Part shown: in pieces, positions 1-11,263 of the stretch | Position numbering within the stretch: the stretch's first letter is position 1 | Layout: every line of letters starts with the position of its first letter | Source of the DNA: Lachnospiraceae bacterium | Lineage (GTDB): Bacteria > Bacillota > Clostridia > Lachnospirales > Lachnospiraceae | Length of the DNA stretch: 64,000 bases | Direction: 5' to 3' | Assembly (NCBI GenBank): GCA_022769005.1 | Contig: JALEKK010000036.1 | Location: 1-64,000 of the forward strand | The notes under the pieces: model-generated | What the model was told of the DNA's origin: nothing | Seen by the model: only the letters and a program-made list of their open reading frames with translations | Database searches by the model: none | Program-made: the position numbers and the translations under genes

Positions 1-1
1 C

Positions 2-285
2 AATTTCATTATTCAGACAAGAGCAAGCAACGGAACGAAGGTAATTGATATTTCCGGCGGAAATAAAAATGCGTCAACCAACATATCACAGTGGAACAAT
101 TACTCGGGTCCTGCTCAGCAATGGCAGATATACAGAGTAAAAGGTACAAATAATTTGGTATTTAAACATGCTTCCGGATATTGTGTAATGGATGTATGCG
201 GTGCAAGCATGAATAACGGAGCAAATGTATGGCTCTGGTTCTACTCTAAAGGCAATGCGGCACAGCAGTGGAGAATAGTGCGTTG
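2..285 (+). CDS. C-terminal fragment of a ricin-type beta-trefoil (CBM13-like) lectin domain protein; the 5' end lies outside the window
   Basis: Frame 2 reads through to TGA at 283-285. Repeated Q-x-W motifs are present (QWNNYSGPAQQWQIY, AAQQWRIVR), which are typical of ricin B lectin repeats. Confidence 0.55.
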
Positions 286-336
286 ATGATTTGTAAAGCG
301 TGTTTAAATGTTTAATAAAATCATTATTCAGTAAAT

Positions 337-384
337 AAAAAGCGATACGGTTTGAGGGGTCACCTCAAACCGTATCGCTTTTTA
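337..384. terminator. Bidirectional Rho-independent terminator shared by the lectin gene (+) and the membrane protein gene (-)
   Basis: aaaaagcgatacggtttgagg / cctcaaaccgtatcgcttttt forms a perfect ~17 bp stem with a 5-nt loop. It is flanked by an A-run on one side and a T-run on the other. Confidence 0.75.
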
Positions 385-403
385 TTTAGCATATTATTTT
401 AAA

Positions 404-1132
404 TTAAGACAGTCTGTCTGAAAAATTACTGCTGTATGTTTTGTAAACAGTCATAAGTACTCTTATATAAGATACAATATAAATTATGCCTGCAATGATT
501 TCAATTACTGCCAAAAATACCGTAAATCCGGCAGCGACAGGATTTGAAGACTGTCCGTATACAATATAATTAGAAAAGGTGCTTGACAAAGATGAAAGAT
601 AAATTATTAAAATCAATACCTGACAGGCAACCGTAACGGTAAGTGAGATTGTATACCATCTTCTTAAACCAAAAATTCCCGCATATGTTATAGGAGCATT
701 GTTTTCTTTTGCAATATCCATACAGCCGCTGAGTATTTCCGTAATGTAGAAAATGTTAAGAGCAGCATTTATTACAGAGAATATAATAGTATATATGGCA
801 ATTGAATAATAACCTTCTATGTAGCCGGAGATACTATACGTATGCATCGCATGAGAAACATTTGCGGATATTATTGCCGTTCCTATAAGTGTTGCCAGCT
901 CCGCACCCGTATAAATATATGCTACGGTTCTTGCTTTTCTGAAGTGATCGCTATATCCGGTAATCTGAGATAATCCGTATATTGAAAGACCGATGGAAGC
1001 AATGATTACAATGGCGGAAAATATAAGACCTCCGATATTACCGGATACAAACATGTTGATAACACCGCCGATAAGATTAATAATGAAGCTTATAAAAACC
1101 ATGAATAAGCCCCTAATATTTCTTTTATCCAT
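404..1132 (-). CDS. Hypothetical polytopic membrane protein (242 aa, about 6 hydrophobic segments)
   Basis: Long ORF that ends next to the bidirectional terminator. The product is very hydrophobic with multiple predicted TM helices. I recognised no family motif. Confidence 0.5.
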   Translation of the reverse strand: MDKRNIRGLFMVFISFIINLIGGVINMFVSGNIGGLIFSAIVIIASIGLSIYGLSQITGYSDHFRKARTVAYIYTGAELATLIGTAIISANVSHAMHTYSISGYIEGYYSIAIYTIIFSVINAALNIFYITEILSGCMDIAKENNAPITYAGIFGLRRWYTISLTVTVACQVLILIIYLSSLSSTFSNYIVYGQSSNPVAAGFTVFLAVIEIIAGIIYIVSYIRVLMTVYKTYSSNFSDRLS

Positions 1133-1418
1133 TTATTCCCCTTTCTTAAATAAATAATATAATCCTGTATAATAATATAACGCATTTTGAATGAAAGCAA
1201 TAAAAAGCGGTTATATACAATTCCGTTTTTTACAAAACAAAACAGCCCGATTAAAAGGGTTGCTTTTTTGTTTTTATGGGAAAAAATGGGAGGGTTATGG
1301 GAAAATTTTTATGTAATATTATGCCGTAATACAGTAATTTAAAAATTATAAAAACGGCTCAACATGGCATAAATACTGCATTTATGTCACGCTAAGCCGT
1401 TCTGCGCCGTAATAAAAA

Positions 1419-1491
1419 AGCTACTGACCGGACTCGAACCGGTGACCTGCTGATTACGAATCAGCTGCTCTACCAACTAAGCCACAGTAGC
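1419..1491 (-). tRNA. tRNA-Thr (anticodon CGU)
   Basis: The reverse complement gives GCTACTG...CAGTAGC-T with a 7-bp acceptor stem. The D-arm is GGCTTAGTTGGTAGAGC. The anticodon stem AGCTG/CAGCT carries the loop TTCGTAA, giving anticodon CGT. The T-arm is GGTTCGAGTCC. Length is 73 nt. Confidence 0.85.
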
Positions 1492-1626
1492 AAAATATAA
1501 CCGTATATATATTATTATATATGGCGGATATAAAAGTTACGAATGCAAAATATTATAAAGTTGCATAATCGGTAAATATACTTTACATTAGTAAAGCAAG
1601 TACAATATTAAAGCAGGTAAGGAAAA

Positions 1627-2271
1627 ATGTCAATATTAAAAACAAACGGAATATTATTCGATTTGGACGGAACTCTATGGGATTCAACATCGGAGATTGC
1701 CGATGCTTGGAATGAATTGATAAAAATAAAGGGAGGAGTGGACAGACCTCCCATTACAAAAGAAGAATTACATGGGTGTATGGGGTTACCGATGTACTCC
1801 ATAGCGGCTAAACTGTTTCCTGATATGCCGGAAAAGGACAGGAATAATTTAATGGATGAAATGGGAATATTTGAAAATGATTACTTAAGAGAAAGGGGAG
1901 CAAAGCTTTTCGACGGAATAGAGAAAGTAATAAACGAAACTTCCGAAAATGTTCCGATTTTTATCGTCAGTAATTGCCAGTCCGGATATATAGAAGCATT
2001 TCTTCACGCTCATAATTTTGAAGACAGGATAACGGATAAATTATGTTGGGGTGACACAAGGTTATCAAAAGGAGAAAACAATAAACTCATTATTGAAAGA
2101 AACGGAATAACGAAGCCGATATATATCGGTGATACCGACGGTGACTCAAAATCAGCGGCATTCGTAAATGCGCCTTTTATTTTTGCCTCATACGGATTCG
2201 GACATACCGACAATTATGACGCAAAGGTGGAAAAGCCGGAGGAAATATTGGATATAATAGAATATTTATAA
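1627..2271 (+). CDS. HAD-superfamily hydrolase (subfamily IA-like phosphatase)
   Basis: N-terminal motif I is FDLDGTLWDS. A later motif reads IGDTDGD. Size is 214 aa. Confidence 0.75.
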   Translation: MSILKTNGILFDLDGTLWDSTSEIADAWNELIKIKGGVDRPPITKEELHGCMGLPMYSIAAKLFPDMPEKDRNNLMDEMGIFENDYLRERGAKLFDGIEKVINETSENVPIFIVSNCQSGYIEAFLHAHNFEDRITDKLCWGDTRLSKGENNKLIIERNGITKPIYIGDTDGDSKSAAFVNAPFIFASYGFGHTDNYDAKVEKPEEILDIIEYL

Positions 2272-2398
2272 CTTTATACAGGATAAATTACTTAAAAATA
2301 TGTTTATTATCCGATTTAAAAGCCATATTTTATTTCATATAACATCACTATTATGTTAGAATAAAAAAAGTTTTAATAATCTGTAAGGAGAACATACG

Positions 2399-5300
2399 AT
2401 GGGTAGCGTAAGAAGACTTTATGTTGAAAAAAAGAAAGAATTTGCTGTAGAAGCCGAAAAGCTTGCTTCAGAAATTAAGAATTATTTAGGGCTTACAAAT
2501 GTTTCTGATGTAAGAGTAGCGGTCAGATACGATGTTGAAAATATATCCGATGACATATTTGAAAGAGCCGTTAACGGTGTATTTTCCGAGCCTCCTCTTG
2601 ATAATTATTATAAGGATAAATTGGAAGTATCAGATAATGACTTTGTTATAAGCGTAGAATACTTACCGGGACAGTTCGATCAAAGAGCCGACTCTGCAGA
2701 ACAGTGTATTGCTCTTCTCGGCGAATCCGATGTTATTGTCAAATGTGCTTCTACATATGTAATAAGCGGTAATCTTACAGATGATGATAAAAATAAGATT
2801 AAAAACATACTTGTTAATCCTATAGATCAGAGAGTTGCGGATGAGAAATTATGCGATACTCTCGAAATGTCATATGCGACTCCAGAAGATGTCGAAATAC
2901 TGGAAGGATTTACGGGACTTAACCGCACACAGCTTGAAGAAAAGTATAATGAACTTTCTCTTGCCATGACATTTGCCGATTTTAAGCTTATACAGGGATA
3001 TTTCCTGACTAAGGAAAGGAGAGATCCTTCAATTACGGAAATCAGGGTTCTTGATACATATTGGTCGGATCACTGCAGACATACGACATTTGCCACGGAA
3101 CTTAAGAAAATTACCGTTAACGAAGGATATTATAAGTCATCTATTGAGAGAAATCTTCGTGAATATACAAGAGATCACAATAAAATAAGCGGCGAGAAGA
3201 AGGGCAAGTATGTTTCATTGATGGATATGGCTACCCTCGCGGCAAGAAAGCAGACTGCGGAAGGAATTCTTACCGACCAGGAAAAGACCGATGAAATCAA
3301 TGCATGCTCAATAATTGCGCCGATCACCGTAGACGGTAGGGAAGAAGAGTGGCTTATAAACTTTAAAAACGAGACTCACAATCATCCTACGGAGATTGAA
3401 CCTTTCGGAGGCGCGGCAACATGTCTCGGCGGTGCGATAAGAGATCCTTTATCAGGCAGAACCTATGTATATCAGGCCATGAGAATTACCGGAGCGGCAG
3501 ATCCGAGAACAAGCGTTGAGGATACTTTAAGCGGAAAGCTTCCGCAGAGAAAGATTGTAACGGAAGCGGCTCACGGTTACAGTTCATACGGAAACCAGAT
3601 AGGTCTTGCAACAGGTCTTGTTAAAGAGATTTATCATCCGGACTTTGTCGCAAAGCACATGGAATTAGGTGCGGTTCTCGGTGCGGCGAAGAGAGAGAAC
3701 GTTATGAGAGAAACTTCGGATCCCGGAAATATTATTGTATTGCTCGGAGGAAGAACAGGCCGTGACGGAATAGGAGGAGCAACAGGATCTTCAAAAGCTC
3801 ATACAAACGATTCCATTGATGAATGCGGGGCCGAAGTACAGAAGGGTAATGCGCCTACGGAGAGAAAAATCCAGAGATTGTTCAGAAGACCGGAAGTAAC
3901 GAAGCTTATAAGAAAATGTAACGACTTCGGTGCAGGCGGAGTATCTGTTGCCGTAGGAGAACTTGCGGACGGTCTCCTGATAGATCTCGATAAGGTAACA
4001 AAGAAGTATGAAGGTCTTGACGGAACGGAACTTGCCATATCTGAATCACAGGAGAGAATGGCGGTGGTTCTTGACAAGAACGATGTTGACGCATTCCTGG
4101 CATATGCAGCCGAGGAAAACCTTGAGGCAACTCCTATTGCCGAAGTGACAAAGGAGAAGCGACTTGTTATGAAGTGGAGAGACAAGGTTATCGTTGATAT
4201 TTCACGAGAATTTCTTGATACAAACGGCGCTCACCAGAAGACGACTGCCGCAATCAATTCTCCGAGCGAACCTGTTACATACGGCGAAGGTTTTGTTGCT
4301 CCTGAAGTTACATCATTTAAAGAACAGTGGATTAAAACTGTATCGGATCTTAACAACTGCTCTCAGAGAGGTCTTGTTGAGATGTTCGATTCTTCAATCG
4401 GAGCGGGTACCGTTACAATGCCTTACGGCGGAAAATATATGTCTACGGAAATGCAGACAATGATAAGCAAAGTACCCGTATTGGAAGGATCAACCGATGC
4501 GATAACATATATGAGTTACGGTTATGACCCATATCTTTCAAGCTGGAGTCCGCTTCACGGTTCAATATATGCGATACTTGAATCTCTTTCAAAGATTGTT
4601 GCAAACGGAGCAGACTACAGAAAAGCTCATTTATCGTTACAGGAATATTTCGGTAAAATGACGGATGATCCAGAACGTTGGGGACTTCCTACGGCTGCTC
4701 TTCTCGGAGCGTACAGTGTGCAGAACGGACTTAAGGTAGCGGCTATCGGAGGAAAAGACAGTATGTCCGGAACATTTGAAGATATAGATGTTCCTCCTAC
4801 TCTTTGTTCGTTTGCTGTTGCGGTAGGAAAAGAAGACGAAGTTGTTACTCCTGAATTAAAACAGGCCGGCAACCTTCTTGTTAAGCTGTACATTAAGAAG
4901 GATGACTATGATTTACCTGTATATGAGAGAGTAGCTCTGCTGTACAATGACATTTACAGAATGATGCGAAACGGTACGATAGTTTCTGCATATGTTGCTG
5001 ACAGACAGGGTATTTCGGCAGCAATTTCCAAGATGGCATTCGGCAGCGGATTGGGTGTTGAATTAAATGACGACGTTTCATATGCCAATATATTTGCTCC
5101 GTCATATGCAGACTTTGTGGTTGAAATTCCCGCAGACAGAGAAAAGGAATTTTACAGAATCGGTAACAATGACAGAGTAATCCTCGGAAAGGTAATCGAC
5201 GAACCGGTAATTAAATATAAAGAAGAAATTCTTAAGTTAGATGAAGTAAAGGCAGCGTGGGAAGGTACGCTTGAGGACGTTTATCCTACGAAGTCCGGAA

Positions 5301-6172
5301 TTGAGATTTCCGAGAATATCGATGCCGATGATTATTCTGAAAAAGAAATATATATATGTAAAAATAAAGTGGCTAAACCAAGAGTATTTATTCCTGTATT
5401 CCCGGGCACGAATTGCGAATATGATACTGCGAGAGCATTTGAACTTGCCGGTGCGGAAACAGATGTAAAGGTATTTAAGAATCTTACGGCTGACGATATC
5501 AGGGAGTCTGTGGATACATTTACAAATGCCATTAACAATGCCCAAATCATTATGTTCCCGGGAGGATTCTCGGCAGGCGACGAGCCGGAAGGTTCAGCAA
5601 AATTCTTTGCTACGGCATTCAGAAACGAGAAAATGTCAGAAGCGGTAAATAAGCTTCTCAACGAAAGAGACGGACTTGCTCTCGGCATCTGTAACGGTTT
5701 TCAGGCTCTTATTAAGCTTGGACTTGTTCCGAACGGAAAGATTACGGGACAGGATGTCAATGCTCCTACTCTTACATTTAATACAATAGACAGGCATATA
5801 GCAAAACATGTATATACAAGAGTAGTTTCCGATAAGAGCCCATGGCTTGCGGGAGCCGAACTCGGAGGAGTTTACGCTCAGCCGGTTTCACACGGTGAAG
5901 GTCGTTTTTATGCAAGTATTGAAGTTGCAAAAGAATTATTTGCAAACGGACAGGTAGCCACAAGATATTGTGATGCCGACGGAAACATCTCAATGGATGA
6001 ATCAATCAATATTAACGGTTCTGTTGCCGCCATAGAGGGTATTACAAGCAGAGACGGAAGAGTATTCGGTAAGATGGCTCATCCTGAGAGAATCGGAAAG
6101 TCCGTTGCCGTTAATATTTTCGGCGAACAGGATATGAAGATATTCGAATCAGGCGTTAAGTACTTTAAATAA
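2399..6172 (+). CDS. purL: Phosphoribosylformylglycinamidine synthase, single-chain large form (FGAM synthase)
   Basis: 1257 aa. AIR-synthase-related PurL domains are followed by a C-terminal class-I glutamine amidotransferase (LGICNGFQAL...MAHPER). An RBS (aaggagaa) precedes the ATG. Confidence 0.95.
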   Translation: MGSVRRLYVEKKKEFAVEAEKLASEIKNYLGLTNVSDVRVAVRYDVENISDDIFERAVNGVFSEPPLDNYYKDKLEVSDNDFVISVEYLPGQFDQRADSAEQCIALLGESDVIVKCASTYVISGNLTDDDKNKIKNILVNPIDQRVADEKLCDTLEMSYATPEDVEILEGFTGLNRTQLEEKYNELSLAMTFADFKLIQGYFLTKERRDPSITEIRVLDTYWSDHCRHTTFATELKKITVNEGYYKSSIERNLREYTRDHNKISGEKKGKYVSLMDMATLAARKQTAEGILTDQEKTDEINACSIIAPITVDGREEEWLINFKNETHNHPTEIEPFGGAATCLGGAIRDPLSGRTYVYQAMRITGAADPRTSVEDTLSGKLPQRKIVTEAAHGYSSYGNQIGLATGLVKEIYHPDFVAKHMELGAVLGAAKRENVMRETSDPGNIIVLLGGRTGRDGIGGATGSSKAHTNDSIDECGAEVQKGNAPTERKIQRLFRRPEVTKLIRKCNDFGAGGVSVAVGELADGLLIDLDKVTKKYEGLDGTELAISESQERMAVVLDKNDVDAFLAYAAEENLEATPIAEVTKEKRLVMKWRDKVIVDISREFLDTNGAHQKTTAAINSPSEPVTYGEGFVAPEVTSFKEQWIKTVSDLNNCSQRGLVEMFDSSIGAGTVTMPYGGKYMSTEMQTMISKVPVLEGSTDAITYMSYGYDPYLSSWSPLHGSIYAILESLSKIVANGADYRKAHLSLQEYFGKMTDDPERWGLPTAALLGAYSVQNGLKVAAIGGKDSMSGTFEDIDVPPTLCSFAVAVGKEDEVVTPELKQAGNLLVKLYIKKDDYDLPVYERVALLYNDIYRMMRNGTIVSAYVADRQGISAAISKMAFGSGLGVELNDDVSYANIFAPSYADFVVEIPADREKEFYRIGNNDRVILGKVIDEPVIKYKEEILKLDEVKAAWEGTLEDVYPTKSGIEISENIDADDYSEKEIYICKNKVAKPRVFIPVFPGTNCEYDTARAFELAGAETDVKVFKNLTADDIRESVDTFTNAINNAQIIMFPGGFSAGDEPEGSAKFFATAFRNEKMSEAVNKLLNERDGLALGICNGFQALIKLGLVPNGKITGQDVNAPTLTFNTIDRHIAKHVYTRVVSDKSPWLAGAELGGVYAQPVSHGEGRFYASIEVAKELFANGQVATRYCDADGNISMDESININGSVAAIEGITSRDGRVFGKMAHPERIGKSVAVNIFGEQDMKIFESGVKYFK

Positions 6173-6208
6173 TCGAAAAACTGATAATTTTTGAGAAAAG
6201 AGATATAT

Positions 6209-7417
6209 ATGGAAAAGATTAAAATGACAACTCCTCTTGTCGAAATGGACGGAGATGAAATGACAAGAGTATTATGGCAAATGATTAAAGATGAACTTTT
6301 ATTGCCTTTTGTTGAATTAAAGACCGAATATTATGATCTCGGACTTGTACACAGAGATGAAACCAATGATGAAGTTACAAGAGAGTCGGCTCTTGCAACA
6401 AAGAAATACGGCGTTGCGGTTAAATGTGCAACCATTACACCAAATGCAGCCAGACAGGAAGAGTATAATTTAAAGGCTCTTTATAAAAGCCCGAACGGTA
6501 CAATAAGGGCTATTCTTGACGGTACGGTGTTCAGAGCGCCTATCATCGTAAAAGGCATTGAACCGTATGTGAGAACGTGGAAAAAGCCTATCACCATTGC
6601 AAGACATGCATACGGCGACGTATATAAGGCGTCTGAAATGGTTATTGACGGACCGGGTAAAGCAGAAATCGTGTTTACGGGAAATGACGGCTCCGAAAAG
6701 AGAGAATTGATTCACGAATTTGACGGCGCAGGTATCGTTCAGGGAATGCACAACCTTGATAAATCCATCGAAAGTTTTGCAAGAAGCTGTTTTAACTTTG
6801 CTTTAGAGACAAAACAGGATTTATGGTTTGCAACGAAGGATACAATTTCAAAAAAATATGACCATACATTTAAGGATATATTCGGTGAAATTTTTGAGGC
6901 GGAATACAAAGAAAAGTTTGCGGAAGCAGGAATTGAATATTTCTATACACTTATTGACGATGCGGTTGCAAGAGTTATGAGATCGGAAGGCGGATATATC
7001 TGGGCATGTAAGAATTACGACGGTGATGTAATGAGTGACATGGTTGCTTCCGCATTCGGTTCTCTTTCGATGATGACATCCGTTCTTGTATCGCCGGACG
7101 GAAATTTTGAATATGAAGCCGCTCACGGAACGGTGCAAAGGCATTATTATAAATATAAGAAGGGCGAGAAAACATCAACCAATCCGATTGCAACCATATT
7201 TGCGTGGAGCGGAGCCCTAAGAAAAAGAGGTCAGCTTGATAACAACGAAGAACTTGTCGTGTTTGCCGATAAACTTGAAAAGGCTTGCATCGACACCATT
7301 GAATCAGGCAAGATGACGGGAGATTTATCAAGAATTTCGACATTGGAAAATAAAGAAACTCTTGAATCAGAGGAATTTATTAAAGCAATAAGAACAACTC
7401 TCGAAACATTATTATAA
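6209..7417 (+). CDS. icd: NADP-dependent isocitrate dehydrogenase, eukaryote/IDH1-like dimeric type
   Basis: The N-terminus has [13 protein letters not shown]. Other matches are KCATITP and DGTVFRAPI. Size is about 400 aa. The start was chosen at the ATG 6209, which follows a GA-rich RBS. The ORF track extends to 6191. Confidence 0.9.
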   Translation: MEKIKMTTPLVEMDGDEMTRVLWQMIKDELLLPFVELKTEYYDLGLVHRDETNDEVTRESALATKKYGVAVKCATITPNAARQEEYNLKALYKSPNGTIRAILDGTVFRAPIIVKGIEPYVRTWKKPITIARHAYGDVYKASEMVIDGPGKAEIVFTGNDGSEKRELIHEFDGAGIVQGMHNLDKSIESFARSCFNFALETKQDLWFATKDTISKKYDHTFKDIFGEIFEAEYKEKFAEAGIEYFYTLIDDAVARVMRSEGGYIWACKNYDGDVMSDMVASAFGSLSMMTSVLVSPDGNFEYEAAHGTVQRHYYKYKKGEKTSTNPIATIFAWSGALRKRGQLDNNEELVVFADKLEKACIDTIESGKMTGDLSRISTLENKETLESEEFIKAIRTTLETLL

Positions 7418-7435
7418 TTATTAACAAAGAATAAA

Positions 7436-7482
7436 AAACACAGGTGAGATGTAAAACATTTCTTAAGCCTGTGTTTTTTTAT
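7436..7482 (+). terminator. Rho-independent terminator after icd
   Basis: The stem is acacagg...cctgtgt, followed by a T7 run. Confidence 0.55.
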
Positions 7483-7491
7483 ATTTTCCTG

Positions 7492-7520
7492 TTGACATCA
7501 AATATTGATAGTGCTAATAT
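7492..7520 (+). promoter_or_regulatory. Sigma-A type promoter of the hrcA operon
   Basis: TTGACA at 7492-7497, a 17-nt spacer, then TAATAT at 7515-7520. It sits directly upstream of CIRCE. Confidence 0.6.
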
Positions 7521-7534
7521 TTCACATAAAGATA

Positions 7535-7561
7535 TTAGCACTCCAATAATATGAGTGCTAA
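7535..7561 (+). promoter_or_regulatory. CIRCE operator (HrcA binding site)
   Basis: TTAGCACTC-N9-GAGTGCTAA is a perfect match to the CIRCE consensus. It lies between the promoter and hrcA. Confidence 0.92.
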
Positions 7562-7591
7562 CAAAGAAATCAGGAAAGGAGTGATTCATAA

Positions 7592-8644
7592 GTGGAGCTG
7601 GATGAGCGCAAGAAAAAGATATTGAATGCCCTTATTGAGAATTATCTTGAAACGGGAGAGCCGGTCGGTTCGAGAACGATTTCCAAATCTTCTGACTTGT
7701 CGCTTAGCTCGGCAACAATTAGAAATGAGATGGCCGATCTTGAGGAAATGGGATTAATAGTTCAGCCTCATACATCAGCAGGCAGGATCCCGACGGATGA
7801 AGGTTATCGATTTTATGTGGAGTCACTGCTTAACAGTCATAAGATTGAGGTTAATAAGAAAGAACGGCAGATTAAGGCTAAACAGGATGAGATAGACGAT
7901 CTGAGAAAGATGCTTAACAGCAACGGACAGGTTGATGATGTTATGCAGAATTTGGCAGGCATGCTTGCTGAAAACACTAATTACGCAACAGTGGTTATGT
8001 CGTCTTACGGAGACGGAAACAGGATTAAATTTATTCAGCTTTCAAAATTAGAAGAGAACAAAATTCTTGTTGTGGTTGTTTTGGAAGGTAATTATATAAG
8101 GAATAAAGTTTTTCTGCTTGATAACGACATAACAAACGAAGCAATAAGCAATTTGAACATTATGATCAATACATCAATTGCCGGGCTTACAACCAAAGAA
8201 CTTGAAAAACAGATTCAATTACTTGGAGAAAGCGATAATTCACGGGATAAGATTCTTTGCGACATGTATTCCATTATAGTTGATACTATACATAATACGG
8301 ACGATGTTCATATGTATACTTCAGGTACGACAAATATATTCCGTTATCCGGAATTGTCGGTATCCGATACGGCGAGAGAGCTTATAACAACATTTGAAAA
8401 GAAACATGCACTTTCGGATTTTATGAATAACAACAGCGACGGTACGGGAATAAAGGTATACATAGGCAAGGAAACATCTATCGAAGCCATGAAAGATTGC
8501 AGTATTATTACAGCGACCTATGATTTGAGCAACGGAGTTAAGGGAACGATAGGTATAATAGGACCGAAAAGAATGGACTATGAAATGGTTCTTGAAACAT
8601 TGAACAATATAAGACTCAGGCTTGACGATTTATTTGATAAATAG
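7592..8644 (+). CDS. hrcA: Heat-inducible transcription repressor HrcA
   Basis: 350 aa with an N-terminal winged-helix region (ILNALIENYLETGEPVGSRTIS). GTG start is preceded by aaaggag. It is the first gene of a dnaK-type operon. Confidence 0.9.
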   Translation: MELDERKKKILNALIENYLETGEPVGSRTISKSSDLSLSSATIRNEMADLEEMGLIVQPHTSAGRIPTDEGYRFYVESLLNSHKIEVNKKERQIKAKQDEIDDLRKMLNSNGQVDDVMQNLAGMLAENTNYATVVMSSYGDGNRIKFIQLSKLEENKILVVVVLEGNYIRNKVFLLDNDITNEAISNLNIMINTSIAGLTTKELEKQIQLLGESDNSRDKILCDMYSIIVDTIHNTDDVHMYTSGTTNIFRYPELSVSDTARELITTFEKKHALSDFMNNNSDGTGIKVYIGKETSIEAMKDCSIITATYDLSNGVKGTIGIIGPKRMDYEMVLETLNNIRLRLDDLFDK

Positions 8645-8673
8645 ATTGAATAAGAATTAATATTTCGGAGGAT

Positions 8674-9282
8674 TTGATTGTGGGTAAGAAAGAAGATAAG
8701 AAGTCAGAAGATATTCTCGGCGAAGACGTAGAAGCAGGAGCCAAAGCAGCAGCAGCTGCCGCGGAAGAAGCCGATAAAGAAGACGTTATACCTGAAGAGG
8801 GAGTAGGTATTGAGCAGGCTGCCGAAGACATAATTACAAAAATGCAGCAGCAGGAAGCTACAATAGTTTCTCTCGAAGATCAGGTAAAACGTCAGATGGC
8901 GGAATTTGACAACTTCAGAAAGCGAACCGAAAGAGAGAAAGCAGATATGTTTGATTTCGGAGCGATAGATGTTGTCAAAAAACTTTTGCCGATTGTAGAC
9001 AACTTTGAAAGAGGGTTTAAAACATTGCCTGAAGGCGAGGAGAAGACGGGATTTGCAACCGGAATGGAGATGGTTTACAAGCAGATGATGAAAATGTTTG
9101 ATGAATTAAAAGTCACTCCTATCGAAGCCATCGGCAAGGAGTTTGATCCAGAACTTCATAACGCCGTACAGCATGTTGAAAAAGATGATGTGGGCGAAAA
9201 TATCGTAGTTGAAGAATTTGAAAAGGGATACAAATATAAAGATACGGTTATAAGACACAGTATGGTTATAGTTGCAAACTGA
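8674..9282 (+). CDS. grpE: Nucleotide exchange factor GrpE
   Basis: About 200 aa. It has an acidic N-terminus and a GrpE core (FDNFRKRTEREK...LLPIVDNFERG). The start may be TTG 8674 or GTG 8680. Confidence 0.9.
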   Translation: MIVGKKEDKKSEDILGEDVEAGAKAAAAAAEEADKEDVIPEEGVGIEQAAEDIITKMQQQEATIVSLEDQVKRQMAEFDNFRKRTEREKADMFDFGAIDVVKKLLPIVDNFERGFKTLPEGEEKTGFATGMEMVYKQMMKMFDELKVTPIEAIGKEFDPELHNAVQHVEKDDVGENIVVEEFEKGYKYKDTVIRHSMVIVAN

Positions 9283-9391
9283 TAAAACATCTTTAACGAA
9301 AAGGTTTGTTTTCGACGGATGGAAACGTCTGAAGGCAACCATTTGTGATAAACATTTAAAAATAAGAACTTAGTTTAAGGAGATATATATT

Positions 9392-11263
9392 ATGGGTAAG
9401 ATTATTGGTATTGACTTAGGAACAACAAACTCTTGTGTAGCAGTTATGGAAGGCGGTAAGCCTGTTGTTATCGCAAACTCGGAAGGACAGAGAACAACTC
9501 CTTCAGTGGTTGCATTTACAAAGAGCGGTGAAAGACTTGTTGGTGAGCCTGCAAAGCGTCAGGCTGTTACAAACGCAGAAAGAACAATTTCTTCAATTAA
9601 GCGTCACATGGGAACAGATTACAAAGTATCGATTGACGGCAAGGAATACACACCTCAGGAAATTTCAGCCATGATTCTTCAGAAGCTTAAGGCCGATGCC
9701 GAAAGTTATTTAGGCGAACCTGTAACAGAAGCCGTTATTACGGTTCCTGCTTACTTTAACGATGCTCAGCGTCAGGCAACAAAGGATGCGGGAAGAATCG
9801 CAGGTCTTGATGTTAAGCGTATCATCAACGAGCCTACTGCGGCAGCTCTTGCATACGGACTTGACAACGAAGGTGAGCAGAAGATTATGGTTTACGACCT
9901 CGGCGGCGGTACATTCGACGTTTCTCTTATCGAAATCGGCGACGGCGTAATCGAAGTTCTTGCAACATCCGGTAACAATCACTTAGGCGGAGATGACTTT
10001 GACAAGAAGCTTATGGATTATATGATCGAAGACTTCAAGAATAAGGAAGGCATTGACTTAAGCAAGGATACAATGGCTCTTCAGAGAATCAATGTTGCTG
10101 CAGAGCAGGCTAAGAAGGAGCTTTCAAGTGCCGGCAAGACAACAATCAACCTTCCTTACATTACAGCAACAGCAGAAGGTCCTAAGCATTTTGAAATGGA
10201 GCTTACAAGAGCTAAGTTTGATGAGATTACGGCTGACCTTGTTGAAAAAACCGCAGAGCCTGTTAAGAATGCCCTCAGCGATGCAGGCGTATCGGCAAGT
10301 GAATTAGGTAAGGTTCTTCTCGTCGGAGGATCTACAAGAATTCCTGCGGTACAGGAAAAGGTAAAACAGCTTACAGGCAAAGAGCCTAACAAGAGCCTTA
10401 ACCCTGATGAGTGTGTTGCACTCGGTGCTTCGGTTCAGGCAGGTAAACTTGCCGGTGATGCAGGTGCCGGTGACGTACTTCTTCTTGACGTAACTCCTCT
10501 TACACTTTCCATTGAAACAATGGGCGGTATCGCAACTCACATGATTGAGAGAAATACAACAATTCCTACAAAGAAGAGCCAGATATTCTCAACTGCGGCA
10601 GATAACCAGTCTGCGGTAGATATCAATGTAGTACAGGGCGAAAGAGAATTCGCAAAGGACAACAAGTCTCTCGGACAGTTCAGACTTGACGGTATTCCTG
10701 CCGCAAAGCGTGGTGTTCCACAGATTGAGGTTACATTTGATATCGATGCAAACGGTATTGTAAACGTATCAGCCAAAGACTTGGGAACAGGCAAGGAACA
10801 GCATATTACAATCACAGGCGGATCAAATATGTCTGATGAAGAAATTGATAAGGCTGTTAAGGAAGCTGCACAGTTTGAAGCAGCGGACAAGAAGAAAAAA
10901 GAAGGCGTTGAACTCAGAAATGATGCCGACTCCATGATTTTCCAGACAGAAAAGGCTTTATCAGAAGTTGGTGATAAGCTTGATGCTGCCGATAAGGAAG
11001 CCGTAGAAGCCGATATTAAGGCACTCAAGGATTTAGTTGAGAAGGTAAAGGACAACGACGAGCTTACAAGCGAGCAGATGGATGAAATGAAGGCTGCCAA
11101 GGATAAGCTTGTGGAAAGTTCTCAGAAGGTTTTCGAGAAACTTTATGCAGATGCACAGGCACAGGCTAATCAGGCTGACGGTGCTGCGGCAGATAACGGA
11201 AACAAAGACGGTAAGAACCCATACGGTGACGATGTGGTTGACGGAGACTATAAGGAAGTTTAA
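9392..11263 (+). CDS. dnaK: Chaperone DnaK (Hsp70)
   Basis: [24 protein letters not shown] and the rest of the Hsp70 signature are present. Size is 623 aa. Confidence 0.97.
   Translation: MGKIIGIDLGTTNSCVAVMEGGKPVVIANSEGQRTTPSVVAFTKSGERLVGEPAKRQAVTNAERTISSIKRHMGTDYKVSIDGKEYTPQEISAMILQKLKADAESYLGEPVTEAVITVPAYFNDAQRQATKDAGRIAGLDVKRIINEPTAAALAYGLDNEGEQKIMVYDLGGGTFDVSLIEIGDGVIEVLATSGNNHLGGDDFDKKLMDYMIEDFKNKEGIDLSKDTMALQRINVAAEQAKKELSSAGKTTINLPYITATAEGPKHFEMELTRAKFDEITADLVEKTAEPVKNALSDAGVSASELGKVLLVGGSTRIPAVQEKVKQLTGKEPNKSLNPDECVALGASVQAGKLAGDAGAGDVLLLDVTPLTLSIETMGGIATHMIERNTTIPTKKSQIFSTAADNQSAVDINVVQGEREFAKDNKSLGQFRLDGIPAAKRGVPQIEVTFDIDANGIVNVSAKDLGTGKEQHITITGGSNMSDEEIDKAVKEAAQFEAADKKKKEGVELRNDADSMIFQTEKALSEVGDKLDAADKEAVEADIKALKDLVEKVKDNDELTSEQMDEMKAAKDKLVESSQKVFEKLYADAQAQANQADGAAADNGNKDGKNPYGDDVVDGDYKEV

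Noticed and set aside
1245-1290. Hairpin-like sequence cagccc...gggttg plus T-run between the membrane protein gene and tRNA-Thr
   Set aside because: The stem is imperfect and it is unclear which strand and transcript it would serve. It was not called as a feature.
3799-5688. Several minus-strand ORFs (74-128 aa) inside purL
   Set aside because: They are antisense to a highly conserved, continuously coding gene. They have no RBS and their composition is typical of antisense frames.
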